A stretch of DNA of 64,000 nucleotides from the human T2T-CHM13v2.0 reference genome, Homo sapiens, in NCBI RefSeq assembly GCF_009914755.1, contig NC_060940.1, one strand, 5' to 3'. The translations under genes were made by a program, and so were the position numbers. Shown piece by piece: positions 37,266 through 51,799 of this stretch. Under the pieces are notes generated by a model. That model had not been told where the DNA came from and did no database searches. It saw only the letters and a program-made list of their open reading frames with translations. How positions within the stretch are numbered: position 1 is the stretch's first letter; each line of letters starts with the position of its first letter.

Positions 37266-38972
37266 ACACAAAATAGACACTGAATAAACATGTGTTGAAA
37301 AATATGGAGATTTATGTGTTCACACTAATTGGTTTAAGTCTTAAACCCAGGAAAAAATCTGAACTGCAACATGCAATGAGGAGTAAACCTTGTTTGCTAA
37401 GTAAATGTTAAGATTTCAAAGAACGCTATCCTCCTGTAAAACCATTTTGCCTTTGAAGAGACCCACATATTTCTCATGTGAGCAAAACGGTTCTTCATTC
37501 CTTAAACCCACTACTCATAGGTCCCCGGACTGGGGTGCAGTTTCTCTTTGGTAGGATTTTTCTTGCCAAATGACGCCAGGTAGCGCATTATCAAAATGAC
37601 CCATTCTGGTGCTTGGATGATGTCACATCCCTTGAGAGGAGGGCAAGTAGATATATCAGGCCTTGGGCACTCACAGGTTTGGCTCACTGCTAGTGAATCC
37701 AGAGCTCCCACACTGGCTAGACTGGTTCCAGAGAAATAAATCAACCTGAGAAAGCCGTTGGCCAGGGATGAGTCTCGGCAAGAGGTTGACTTTTCTGGCT
37801 CCCACCCTGCTTCCAGATTGTCATTTAGAACTAGCTCAGGCATCCAGTCTGTCTGTCCTCTCTGTAAAACCTGCAGCAGATCACCAGAGCCACAGAAAAC
37901 CACTCACCCTGCCAATGGAGGCCCTCCTGCAAAGATGCCAGTCTTCTCTTTGCTAACACGTGGCTTCTGCATCAATCAACCTTCCTCCTCAGTGCTGCCT
38001 CACCACCCCAATGCGTGAATCACTGCCAGGGATCTTTACTTGCACTTGTTCCTCAATCACCACCCTTCCTGTCACCTAATCTAATTCCACATACCCATCA
38101 AATTCTGCCTTAAACATCCCCCATTCTATTAAGAAGAAGATGTCTTCAGCTCCTGCCTGCACTGACGTTTGGCATCCAAACTCCTATTGTTACGATTCCA
38201 TCTCCATTCTGGTTTAGCTCATCCATAAATTGGGGATAATGATGCCAACATCACTCAATTCTTATGAGAATTAAACCAGATAATTTTGTAAAGAGCTTGT
38301 CAGAGTTGATAGACTCCATTGCATTTGGCTGTGGAGTTGGTACGTAGAAAGTGCCCAACAAATCATAGCTGGCAACAAGTACTTTAAAAATAATTGAACC
38401 TACTGTCATAGTTGATATTCTAGGTAATTTGTATCCAAACACATGCATACCTCTGGAGAGCAAAGAATTTATCATAAACATTTGTATCCCAAGTACACAG
38501 TATGTGCTCTCAATATTTGTCTATCAACTTCTGATAACAATTTGATTTGGATAGAAGCATTTCTTTCTTGCTTTTATACATGAGCATGTGCCCAGTGTCA
38601 AAAAAAGCAGTTTAACATGGCCGAATGCTTACTATGTACCCACTCATTTACTTGCCACAGCAATGGTCTGGATTGGATGCTATTTTATCACTCAGTTTCA
38701 GAGGGGTAAACTGAGGATCCAGTTTATATCATGAGTAAACAGTGAAGGTGATGTTCAAACCCAAGCATTCTGGCACCAGAGTTCAGGTTCTTAACCACAA
38801 TGTTGTCTCTCCACTGCCATAGCATGGCATGGAAACCGTTTCAAGACCTGGTCTTCCCCTGCTGTTTCAGATTCTTTTCCTGCCAGACTTTTGCCCACTT
38901 TTGTTCTTTCCCCCTGTTATATGGAACCCTTAGTGGTTCTCTGGACACAATGCTCCTGTTCATGCTTCAATC

Positions 38973-39172
38973 AGATTGCCAGAGAAAATATAGCATGCCA
39001 AATTAAATTTGAATTTCAGATAAACAATGAATACTGTTTTAGTATAAGTCATGTCCCAACTATTGCATAACAAATATTTATACTAAAAAAAAACTCATGA
39101 TTTATCTGAAATTCAAACTTAGCTTGGAATTCTGTAATTTGGTTTTCTTTTGTTACTAAACCCAGCAACCTT
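38973..39172. mobile_element. MER53 palindromic hAT MITE
   Basis: ttgccaga...aaatttgaatttcagataaa...tttatctgaaattcaaa...cagcaacc, with an internal inverted repeat. Confidence 0.88.
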
Positions 39173-39566
39173 CTGCTTTTAGGCCTTTGCTCAAAGAGCT
39201 CCATCTGCTTGGCAATTTTCTATGCCTTCTCCATCATGCACTATCTTGTTCATCCTTTTAAGTCTAATGCAAAGGTGAGTTCTCTAGTGAGAATGCCTCC
39301 AGTGCCTCGCTGCATTGTAAAATCCATCACTGGCATTTCCAGTACTACCCAGCCTTGTAGACCGAACGCTAAGCTCTCCAAGGCAGGGCCCATGGACTCA
39401 GCTCTGAATCCTCAATACCTGGTGAGACACGTGGCATGGAGAAGGCATTCTCAATACCGAGTCATGAATACAGCTATGGAGAATGCTCCTTAATTCTCCC
39501 ATTCCCTGTCATATATTTCTCCTTTATCTTTGAAATTCTTTGAAATGCACCAAAATTCCTGCATAG

Positions 39567-39900
<334 letters not shown>

Positions 39901-39973
39901 AAGAGTATTTCTCTTTCTCATTTTGAGTAAAAGATATCCGGCCATTGTAAGATGTCTGAACCATATTAACCTT

Positions 39974-40495
39974 TGTATTAATCTCCTAGGGCTGCCATAA
40001 CAAATTACCACAAATGAGGTGGCTTAAAACAGCAGGAATTTATTCTCTCACAGCTTAGAGGCTAGAAGTCTGAAATCAAGGTGCCGGCAGGGCCACACTC
40101 TCACTGAGGACTCTAGAGGAGGGTCTGATTCCTGCCTTTCTCTTAGCTTCTGGTGGTTGCTAACAATCTTTGGCTTTCCTTGGCTTGTAGACACATTGCT
40201 CCAACCTCTGCCTCCATTGTCACATGGTGTTCACATGTGTCCTTCTGTCCTCTTCTTTCTGTACATGTCCATATCTCACATGACATTTGCCTCTGTGTGT
40301 GTGTCTCTTCTCCTTTTTTTATAAGGACACCAGCCACGTTGGGTTGAGGGCCCACCTTATTCCAGTACAATCTTATCTTAACTTGGATCATAATTATATC
40401 TGCAAAGACCCTATTTCCAAATAAGGTCACATTCACAGGTATTAATGGTTAGGATTTCAACACATATTTTGGGTGACACAGTTCAACTCACAACA
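39974..40495 (-). mobile_element. Complete MaLR solo LTR (MLT1C-like)
   Basis: TGTATT...CAACA termini and gctgccataacaaattaccacaaa. Imperfect 5-bp TSD ACCTT (39969-73) / ACCCT (40496-500). Confidence 0.9.
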
Positions 40496-43400
40496 ACCCT
40501 GGACAAGTGACTTCTCCACTCCAGGCCTCCATTTCTGCATCTATAAAATGGGCAAAATCTTGCCTACATCGCTGAAGTCAGGGATTGAATGAGATCATGC
40601 ATAGTGCCTCCTGCATTGAAGGGCTGTGCCTATGACTTCTCTTCCTCTTTCTTTCTAGCTGTCTGCAGCATGAAAGCATAAAATATTGACAATAAAGGAA
40701 GTTCCAGCAGGTAGAATTTTGGCTCACAGAGGCCAAACACAAGCGCAACGTTCTATGTGTTCTTTCAGAGCTCGCTTCCTTCCAGCTGGAGGACTTTTCT
40801 TTGTAGTGTAATCCTCTGCTTAACTTATTCTCATCTATGTAGGACGCAGGGGCTGGACATGTGAACTGACTTTAATAAAGGTTTCGGGTGATTCTAGGAC
40901 ACCAGGCGGAGATGTGTGTCTTTGGCTGTTTACCCCTGTCATGAGTGGTTACTTTTTCATGGTCAAAACAAATAAATACATAAAAAGTGCCTAAAACCTA
41001 TAGGGAATCAAGTTTCCAAACTCTGTTCTTGCGGCTGACTTCTGAATCATAGTGTTATAATTAAAAAAAGAAAACACGAAATTGCACTTGGCCATGAAAC
41101 ATAAATTGTACCTTTGTAAAGGTCAAATACTAGTTGTGATTAACCAGACGAGTCACACTTTATCCTGGTTAAAACAATACTGAATTTTAAAACTACTTAT
41201 AGGATTCTACACACCACCCGCCCCCACCCAACACTCTTTCTTGCAGAAGTTTACAGTTGGAATCTTGTTTGAAGTGGGGTTTTATTTTCATTTGTATTTT
41301 TTTTTCAATTTGTGAGATGATTTCCATTGGTTTGGCAATTTGCACTTGAGTGATGCTATATAGCATTATCAGGGTGCCGACAGCTGCTGTGGCATAAACA
41401 AGCGGTGATGCATTGAGCTGGCACATCCATATGGTTTGGAAAATAAGATGAAATAAAATAAAAACATTTGTTATCATTTGTGGAGTTTTTGAACACAACC
41501 AACTTCAGCACAACTTTAATGCCTCGCATGGCTTTCTTTAAAAAATAAATAAATAATTTTAAATGAGAACATTTTGTTTCGCTAGGAAGAGTGGTTTACT
41601 GTGTGGATGGGGAGAGAAGCCTCGGTTTCTAGCAGCTGTTTCTCATCTCTGGCCCGGGGTCTCGTGATGGGTCTGCTGTTGGCTAAAGCCCAATGCTGGA
41701 TCAGTGGTGCTAATGGAATCTCCGTCTGCTTATCATCTCAGACACTGCAGAGCACTGGCCCTCAGAAAATCCTGGCTGTCTAACCCCCCTTCTCCCCCAT
41801 CGCCTCCCTACCACTCCAGGAAATTCTATGGAGGGCTGCTATGGAGGCAGCAACACCTAAAAATTTAACATTGGTTCTTTCTTCTAGAAAGCTAAGCTCA
41901 GGATCAGGTTTGGTATTAGAAGACCTTATGCTTTTAGGTGGTAGTAATAACAATGCCAGCCGCTAATAATTATGGCAATCGGTGGTGACAATTTAAAGCA
42001 CTTTTTTATTTACAAATTACCTGGGAATATGTAGCCTCATTTTGGGGGTCTCTGGTGTCAATCACTATTCCCATTCCACTTCCTAAAGATGTGATATTGG
42101 CACTTCCCACTTCTTAAAGGTGTAACCGCTCCCATTTCACATGTATAAAATGGAAACTCGGAGTCCTACCCCGAGGGCTTATCTATGACTCTTTTTGGTG
42201 ACTGGCAATATGAACGAAAATCAGACACACACTTAGACATCTTCAACACCCACAAAGCCATATAAAATGCCTTTACTTTTTGTGACAGGACTTTAGTTCA
42301 TTGTGACCACATTGCGTCTTTCAACTGATCGGAAGTTCCACTGGGCAGTTTTACATGCTTTCATGCCATTTCTTAAAAATGAAAAATTAATGAATAATTA
42401 TATAATAAATGCAGATTTTAAAGGGGATGGTATCTAAAATCCACGTAGGCAGCGACCTAATCTGTCTTTTTCATCCTGTATTCCTAGTGCCTGGGAGAGG
42501 GCTGGCACTAAGTGTTTCTGGACAAGTCAACTCACTTCTCTGAATTGCAGCTTTTACATGTGTAAAATGGGGACTGGATTTCCTATTCCAGAGGGCTGGC
42601 ACCTAATAAGGGCTCAATATATATGAATTAAATGAATGAATAAATAGTTATATAATCTAGGGGTAGGAAGTGGATAACCGTAGATGTTAGGCAGAAGTGT
42701 GCTGATAAATTAGCTTAGTCCTGATTGGTAATCATGGCCGATTTCACGCTGCCGATAAGAGGTTACTGAATGCTGAGTTGGGAAGAGATCTTTCCAATCA
42801 GCTCCCGTGACCTGGGGCAATTCTACTCCAGCACACCTTTGACTTGGGTGGTAAAATAGTTGCAAATCCCTGTTCCACTTCCTGTTTGTTTTTGGGAAGT
42901 TTCTCCCTCGGGCAGAAAGGTTTGGGGACTTCCAGATTGCTTCAGTTTACACAATTCTAATTTTCTGGCCGGTATCAGACCATTTTTCTTTCATTTGGCA
43001 GAGAAGAGAGAAGGGTATGAGTTGCCAGGTAGTGGATGCAGATGGAAGCGCTGGTGGGCCCATTGGTTGATCATTGGTTGGGACCATCTTACACAGAAAG
43101 TTCATCCTATTGCCCTTTCCCACTGTGTTAATATGGGAACACTCCTTCTCTTCTGTTTTATGCCTGTAGTGATTAACCCGGGCATTTTTAAGTAGGCTGT
43201 GCCAGGAAGCACCTTTGCAATTCCTGCTATTTCATAGCCTTTGCAAAAGTCCTAGGTTTTTGTTTTCTTCCCAAGATTGATTTCCTACCAGTTACGTCTA
43301 CTATTTCCCATCCTCTCTGGCAAAATTGCAAGGAGTGGCATCAGCACATCTTTGTACAGTAGGCGAATATATTTGGAATGCTTATTTCTGAGAGCTGTTG

Positions 43401-44229
43401 AAGACGGCTAACAATTTTACCCCACGCAGAAGGACTGACAATAAATTTAGGAGTGGCAAATGGAACCACTGTTCTGTTTCCCTCTCAGTAAATAAATAAC
43501 TGCAAAACCTGTACTCCAATACCAGAGCGTCAAATCCATGGCGCTCTGTTGATTAACACCGAAAATGTCTTTGTGAAGATGATGCATTTAGAAGAGTCCT
43601 AAGGCTCGCACCAGAAGCTGACACTGAAGGTTTATTTTAATGTAGCACAAATCAGAGCGAACGACGTGAAAAGAGTTCTGTTTCTCCTGGAAGGATGCCA
43701 CTTGTTTCTACTCCAGGGGAAATGTCTTCCAAGCTCTTTACCAAATCTGCAAGCTGAACCAACTCAACTGTGGCTGCCTTGCCCACCTGAAGACCTCAGG
43801 ATCCACCAGCAGCCCAAGACACCTCGGAAGCTGTTTCAAGGTCAGTACCAGAAATCGTGTTTTTGAGTGATTTGCAATGTAATGCAAAACTCAATGGAAT
43901 GAGGAGTTTTTTTTGTGGCCTTGTATTTTCTTTCACACCACTGAATGCCAGTGTTTATGCTGGGGCATGCTTAGAGATGGAAATTTGGAAGGAAAGTCCA
44001 TCACAGCATTTGTGCCAATTGGGGATCCAGCAATAATATCTGTTTAACAACACCAATAGTAAGCAGATGAATGTATATTGACCACGTTAGAAGTAAAACG
44101 AGAAAGATGTTAGAATGACATGGAGGAGAAGGAGAGAACAAGACAAGGAGGGAGAGAGGGAGCAAGAGGGGAAACATAAAAAAATGGATGGATTGAAAAA
44201 CTGTGCTATCCTTTGTAACAACGTGTTTG

Positions 44230-44590
44230 CTCCTGCTGTTTCCTTGTCTTAGAATGCCATTCCACCCTTTCTTCACCTGGCGAATTCCAACTCAACCTGT
44301 GACCTCATCTTAATGTTATTTCCTCAGGGAAATCTTCCATAAGCCAGAAGACTGGGTCAGGTCCCCATATTAGGTGGTCTGATGAATCTGTCTTTTTTTT
44401 TTTCTAGTACACGTCATGATGTAATGATTATAATTATGTATCTGGTCTATATGATTATCTGTTACATGCTAGTCTTCCTCAAGGAACAGAAGTTCTGAAC
44501 TAGTAAGATTCCAAAAGCCCTGTGCTGGCCTTAGCTCTGAACACGGCCTTCAAGCCACCCATTGCATAAGGGAATGATGAATGAATGGAT
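44230..44590 (+). mobile_element. L2 3' fragment
   Basis: gctgtttccttgtcttagaatgcc...ttcctcagggaaatcttcc...gaatgatgaatgaatgg. Confidence 0.55.
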
Positions 44591-44694
44591 GTTTAAGAGA
44601 ACTGCATTTTATTATCTGAGCCTTGCTGGTTTAGCATAGTCCTGTCCACACGCACATACCACAGGCCAACCTTGTGACATAAGAAAGGAGTTCA

Positions 44695-45028
<334 letters not shown>

Positions 45029-45582
45029 TCAGTGCCATTTCTCAGGTCCCAACAGGTTCACTGATTTGCCAAGAAGAAGCACCAATGGGTCAGAGGCTGA
45101 GCGTGAACGGAATTCATTCTCCCGATGCCAGGGTCCCTCCCTCACCTCCCACTGCTCAGTAGACAGGTCTCTCTGCAGAAGGGAAAAGGGAGGGTTGAGG
45201 GTTTAGAGGGTTTAGACAGTGAAAAGGCAGGAAGAGTAATCATGACAGAAGAGATTTACTGCAGCCTTCTTCTCCTTTCTTTTTGCATTAAGGACAAGCG
45301 TCGCCTGCACACGTCAGCACAAATGGGAACATGATGAGGTACCACTTTTTCCAAGGCTGTGACCAGCTCCTCAGGGCAGCAGGCGAAGCTGTCCCTCTGA
45401 GTTAGCCTTTGAAGTTTTCCTCAAATCTCTTGCTGCAGGGAAGCCAAGCCAGTCAACCCTAGGCTTCCACTGGGAGCTATATTCCTTCCTTCCTTCATTC
45501 ATTCCCCAAATATTTTTCAAGGGTCCACCATGTGCCAGGCATTGTGCTAAAAGTGTTTTGTGTAGGTTCAAGTGAGGCCTGC

Positions 45583-45655
45583 GGGGTGACCAGCTATCCC
45601 AGTTTCCCTGGCATGAGAGACTTTCTGTGTGCAAACTAAGACAGCTGGTCGCCCT
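45583..45655. mobile_element. MER81/MER94-like hAT-Blackjack MITE (internally deleted)
   Basis: TIRs GGGTGACCAGCT ... AGCTGGTCGCCC. Confidence 0.7.
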
Positions 45656-45699
45656 ACTTTGGGCGTGAGCTTAGCATGCAGTGTAACTTTCTGTACAGA

Positions 45700-45862
45700 G
45701 TGTAATTCTTAAGAATCACGCCAAGATCACCTTCCTTGCTAAAATGAACATTCTCAGGCTCCACTCCATACCAGTGATTCCAAATCCTCTGAGGCTGGAA
45801 ACCTATGTTGAATCAGTTCCCCTAAGCTATTATTATGCGTATTTAAGTTTGAGAACAGCTGA
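45700..45862. mobile_element. MER5A-like DNA transposon relic
   Basis: attctcaggctccactccatacc...taagtttgagaacagctg. Confidence 0.55.
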
Positions 45863-46048
45863 ACTAGTGCTTAAGGGTACGAACTTTAAAGCCACTCATG
45901 CATGAATTCAAATTCCACTCTCACCATTAAACATCTATGCACGTTTTTACAAATTGCTTAATCAATATGGGCTCTAATTTCCTTATTCGTAAAATGGGTC
46001 TCATAATACTATTTTCATTGTGTTCTTGAGTGATGCTGCCTGGAGTTA

Positions 46049-46205
46049 AAGGAGGCCAGGAGCACCAGAAGCTGGAGGAGGCCGGGGTGGATTCTCGCCT
46101 GGAGGCTTCAGTGGGAGCACGAGCTCCCGACACTTCGGTTCCATCTCTTGTTTAAAGGCACCCAGTTTCTCATCATTTGTTACAGCACCATGGAAAACCC
46201 ACACA
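46049..46205 (+). mobile_element. MLT1 LTR 3' fragment
   Basis: caccagaagctggaggaggc...ggattctcgcctggaggcttcag...tttgttacagca. Confidence 0.65.
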
Positions 46206-46589
46206 CAAGTGAAGCCCCGACCCACCTCCCAAGTGCCCATCTGAGCACCCCTCGTGGACTCTGAGCAGGGGTGAGTACTCCTTTCACTCGGGCTTGCATG
46301 CCCAGGCCCCATGTAATATAAGCAATGAGCAGGCTACATATTCTTGAAAAACCCATAGGCTCACATGATAGCAATTCTTTTTATTTTTTATTTTTTTTGG
46401 AATGCAAAACAACAACAACAACAGAACACCAAAACCAACCTGAACTAGAAATGCAAGAGAAAAATGAAGCAACCCAAAGTTGTATAGCTGTTTCTTTCTT
46501 CCACCGAAGGTATGCCCAGCATCTCGTAGGTAGCTTGGTGACATATCATGGTGATGTTTTACAAGTTGGTTTTGGCAATAGTCACATCC

Positions 46590-46871
46590 TTTTTTTTTTT
46601 TTGAGATGGAGTCTTACTCTGTCACCCAGAATAGAGTACAGTGGCGTGATCTCTGCCCACCGCAGTTCCGCCTCCTGGATTCTCCTGCCTCAGCCTCCTG
46701 AGTAGCTGGGATTACAGGCGTGTGCCACCATGCCTGGCTAATTTTTGTATTCTCAGTGGAGACAGGGTTTCACTGTGTTGGTCAGGCTGCTCTCGAACTC
46801 CTGACCTCGTGATCCACCCGCCTCAGGCTCCCAAAGTGCTGGATTACAGGCATGAGGCATCGTGCCTGGCC
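46590..46871 (-). mobile_element. AluS with a small internal deletion
   Basis: Antisense Alu. cctcctggattctcctgcc lacks the usual gttcaagc. Confidence 0.95.
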
Positions 46872-47521
46872 CCCTTTTTTTTCTTATGTAGCTGTGAAGC
46901 CTCTGGGCTGCTTCTGGGTTCTTCCTTCTTGATCTAGCATGAATCCCAACCTCTTGGCCATGTTCCTTTCCTCTCCAGGGTTGCCATCACCAACTCCAAG
47001 TCTTGCAGCCCCTCTTCCCTTCAGTCTGGCTGCCACCTTCTTCATTGCCCTGGAAAAAAATAATGAAGTTTCACCATTTAAAGGGTTTCAGTGCAGCTTG
47101 CTATGGGAACACTGGAGAGTAACACAAATGGCCAATTGTCCTAATAGCCACCATGGATTGGATGGATGCTAACAACAGGCTCACAGTTCTCCTTCTGTTG
47201 CCTCCTTTTATCCACATGAGAATCAAACAAGTAGGTGCTGCTGGTATTACTGTATTTTTCTCATTTTAAAGATCAGGATGGGGAGGGTTGAGGAGGTTAA
47301 GGAAGTTGTTAGAAGTTACACTGAAGTTAAGAAAGGAAAAAGGACTTAGAAACTTATTCTTCCAACTTTAGAACCACGGTCAGTGACCAAGGCCCTGCTT
47401 AGAACTTTCTGAAGGTTGCAGCTGGCCTTCTACCTGGAGTTTTGACTTCCTTTCCGAGAAAGGAACTTGAATGGCAATCACAAGAAAGTTGAGAACTTCT
47501 CTTTCATATTTTAAGCATTCA

Positions 47522-48192
47522 TTTTTTTTTATATTTGTTTTAATTTACAAATACTAATTGTATATATGTATAAGGTAAGATATGATAGTTTGATATGGCT
47601 ACCTTGTAATAAAATGAGCCTCATTACCAAGTCTGGCACTTCACATGTGTATTTTTTTGTTTGGTAAAACATTGAAAATCTATCCTTTTAGCAATTTTGA
47701 AATGTACAATGCATTTTTAAAAATTATAGTCATCATTCTGTGCAATAGATCACTAAAGCTTATTCCTCTTGTCTAACTGAAACTTTGTACCCATTGATCA
47801 ATATCTGCCTTTTCCCCACCCACACCCCTCCCCAGTCTCTGGTCACCAACATTCTACTCTCTTCTTCTTTGAACTCAACTTTCTTAGATTCCACATACAA
47901 GTGGGATTATGCAGTATTTGTCTTTCTTTACCTAGCTTATTTCACTTAGCATAATATCCTCCAAGTTCATCCATGTTATTGTAAATTACAGAATTTACTA
48001 TTTCTAAAAGGCTGATAGTATTCCTTTGTTTATATAGACCACATTTCTTTTATCCATTTATTTGTTGATGGGCACTTAGGTTGATTCCATATCTTAGCTA
48101 ATGTGAATAATGCTGCAATGAACGTTAATGTGCAGCTATCTCTTTGATATACTGATTTCAATTCCTTTGGGATATACCCGGAAGTGGGATTT
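47522..48192 (-). mobile_element. L1MA (MA7-9-like) 3' end
   Basis: ttagcaattttgaaatgtacaat...aactgaaactttgtaccc...gggcacttaggttgattccatatctt. Confidence 0.88.
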
Positions 48193-51039
48193 CTTTTATT
48201 TTTGAGTGTGATTTAACTCCAGCCTCTTGGTTCTTTCTCTGAAAATCAGTGTGAACTAATTATTGCCAGATAGAATCTATTCAGCAGGACTTTTGTTTGG
48301 GAGGCACCTCTAAGGACTTGCAAATTAGGAGAAAATATTTTTCTGGACGTCTGCAACAACACAAGCCATTTTGTTGCCCAGCATTTCCTAGAAGTCATTC
48401 CAGGTAATAGGTGTTCCTTGGGCAAAAAAACGTTTTCATGAGCAAAGACTTGGAAATCCTGCCATGAAGGTTTTATAACTGCTGGACTTCAGAGCCTTTT
48501 GTTTGCTGATATAGTTTGAGGATCTCTAAAATGATGCTATGATAGGCATCCATTGTCTTTTCATGAAAGGTAGCTACATTTGGGCTTCCACAGAGCAACT
48601 TTGGGGACACATTGCTTTGGTTTCTTCCTTGCAATTAGCATTTTCTTCTCTGTGACTTAGGGAGATGTGTCCATATCTTTCCTGAGAGTTTATTATTTTC
48701 CAAGCCCGATCTATGTAAACATCAAATCACTTACAAGACATGGCAGGCCTTCCCGATGATGAAATTGTCATGACTTCATCATTCCTATAATCACCCAAAT
48801 GAGTTCTGAAGTATGGGCCTTTAGCTGCTGAAAAATAGGAAACAGAGTCAAGTCTGGCCCTATCTTGAAATGTATGTGACAGCTCATGCTCAGTTTCAGT
48901 GACGAGAAATGTGTTGAGCTAAAAATATTCTAACCAGATGTGAATCTGGGACATGTGACTGCAACTCACCCCTGCCTGCCATTTTTTCAACTTCTAGTGT
49001 CTCTCAATGCACAGTTGCTACAATCTCAGGCCACCATAGCACCCTCTGTATGCATGCAACTTGTTTCTGTGAGTGCATGTCTGCAGCCCCTGGAGATGGC
49101 TTGGTGGAGAATATCCCTACACCAGCCAGCCACAGTGGCTCCTAGCAGCCCCAGAGTGGATGGGAATAAATAAATTCCATTGCAAGTTAGGCATAAGTTC
49201 CTCTCAATCAAATGCTTGTGCATTTGTTTTTTTCCTCCAGTCTTCCATATCATTAAGAAGAGCTTGATTCTATCCTCTGGTTGGAAGACACATTGCTCCC
49301 ATGATTCTGTAGAAGAAGTGGGTTTCAACTTGGTCCAGGAGAACTTGATGCCCATGGGCAAAGGTGGAATCTACCCTCCATGCAAAATGGTGTGTGGGAC
49401 TCTCGTGGGGGATAGAGTCTTGTCTGGAAGCTGAATTATTTTAAGAAGGCTCTTGGCTCACTTGCAGAAGATAAAAACTAATACCTATCTATCTTTTACA
49501 GAATGACAAACAATTACTACACTTCACTGAACACATCTTGTATACTAGGCATAAGAGCCAATTGTAACTACTTTTATTTATTGGGCTCTGTCATCAAAGC
49601 TTTTGGATACTGTCTTAGTGTCAAACTATTGTGGTACTTTAGTGCGTTGAGATGTGAGCTTGTGTTTCGGTGGAGCCAACGTAAGGTTTCATATCTCTTC
49701 TTTCCATCTTAGGATCTTCTAGGAATCTAAAAATGTGTGTGAGATTTCACCTGTAAAAGCTGAGTTATTCTGAATCTGCGTTTTCCTGAAGATTTTTCTT
49801 TGTGTGGTCAGCCTTCTTGGAAAAATCCAGAAGCCACCATCAACTTACAACCCTGCATGAATAAATGTAATGTTTCGTTTGGAGATTGAGAGCTGATATA
49901 TAGGACAAGGATAACTGGCCCAATACAGACAAAGTTCCTTTGAGTAAAGCAATCTGATCATCCTTAAGGAGAGCCTCAGTATAGAGCCTAGTCAGAGCCA
50001 GCAGAAGTTTAGACTCTCAAAGAGTCAGCCAGGTCCTCTTGGGAAGCACCTACTTGAGAATCCTGCATGATAGAGTTTGACATCTGGCTCTGTTACCTAC
50101 AAGCTTGACCTCATTCCTATAATCCTTCATTTCATCATCTTTAAAGTGGGGATGAATTGTGCCTAGACAGACAGAATAGATGACCATGCGAGGTCATCAT
50201 GCCACACTGCACATAAGTGCTTAGCATATAGTGAGTACTACACAAAAGGCAGCTTCCATTGCTGTTGCTAAGGGTACGACCTGCTGGGAGAATCATCCAT
50301 CTATCTTCTAAGTGCTAATTGAGTGCACGCCTTTCTTACCTCTGAGTGTTAAAGCTTTGTCAGGAAACGTGGCAACATCTCAGGCTGAATCAGCCCTATC
50401 CAGGACTTGTCATTCCCTGATCTGGGTCCCAACCTATGAGTCATACAGCCTTCTCCATGTGGACACCACAGCAAATCACTTTTCCCATAATGAACAACCA
50501 GACACACTCCATTGTGGTGACGGAAAGTAATTACCAACATAAATGATCTAACCAGACATGGGTTCCACCAAGGTTTAACCCCTGGTTTCCTTTTCTGCAC
50601 AGTAATCACACACTGTCCTGTGGCAGCCACTGGGGGAGAATCATTATGGAGAATTATGTGATCCATCTGCCCACTGAACCACAGGTGGGGGTGCAGGCAG
50701 GAACATGGCACATCTGGCTTTATTTTGGGGTCTGGTGACACCAGGAACATGGATAAATGCCCTACCTTAATTATGGGCTGTTCCAGATCCAGGAGCAAAT
50801 ATCTTACAGGCCACATTCCCTTTTTTCCCAGCCAGAATGGAGGTTTCCATTTTGACATGATATGGCCGCAATATCATTAGAACTACCAGCACTCATATTC
50901 CCCTCACTGTGATCCTTGTAGCTCAAAACACAGCTGTCTAGGCTATGGTCTGCACAGGTCAATGTGACTCTAGTAATTCTGTTACTACCTTTGCAATTGC
51001 TCTTTATGCTAGCACAAATACTGGTATTAATTCTCTCGA

Positions 51040-51290
51040 TACCATGGCTAGGTAAATTTTGTTCTGTGCCAAGCACTGAGCTAACCACTTTCACATATAT
51101 TTTCTCATTTCATCCCTATGAGGTTATACTGATATTACTCCCACTTCCTAGATAAATGGACTGAGACTTGAATAGGGTAAGGTGACATGCCCAAGGTCCC
51201 ATAGATAATATACAGCAAAGCCAAAATACCAACCCAAGTCACATGGCTACTGGGTCAAAGCTAGATGCAGCATATGACAACTGTCCTCTG
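51040..51290 (-). mobile_element. MIR SINE
   Basis: ctgtgccaagcactgagcta...gacatgcccaaggtccca. Confidence 0.7.
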
Positions 51291-51470
51291 CAGTAACAGG
51301 TCCATGTTACCAACATCAGAGTAGATGAACTGATTTTGTTAACGTAACACCTAGGAAATCTAACCAAGGCCATTTGTTGTTATTTAAATTGGACCAAGAA
51401 GAAGATTGCAGTTATGAAAGAAGGAATTAAGCAATTTTGGTATAGCAAAAGTATCCTGACGTTTGTTGCC

Positions 51471-51785
51471 ATTATTTATTTATTTATTTATTTAATTTGT
51501 TTCTTGAGGCAGGGTCTCACTCTGTCACCCAGGCTGGAGTGCAGTGGTGTGATCTCGGTTCACTGCAACCTCTACCTCCCAAGTTCAAGGGATTCTCCTG
51601 CCCCAGCCTTCGGAGTAGCTGGGATCATAGGCACGCACCATCATATCCAGCTAATTTTCATATTTTTAGTAGAGATGGGGTTTTGTCATGTTGGCCAGGC
51701 TGATCCTGAACTCCTGACCTCAAGCAGTTCACCTGCGTCAGCCTCCCAAAGTGCTGGGGTTACAGGTGTGAGCCACTGGTCCAGG
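51471..51785 (-). mobile_element. Alu (older S/J type) with (TTTA)n tail
   Basis: Antisense dimeric Alu. Possible TSD tgccattatttattt / tgacattatttattt. Confidence 0.94.
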
Positions 51786-51799
51786 TGACATTATTTATT

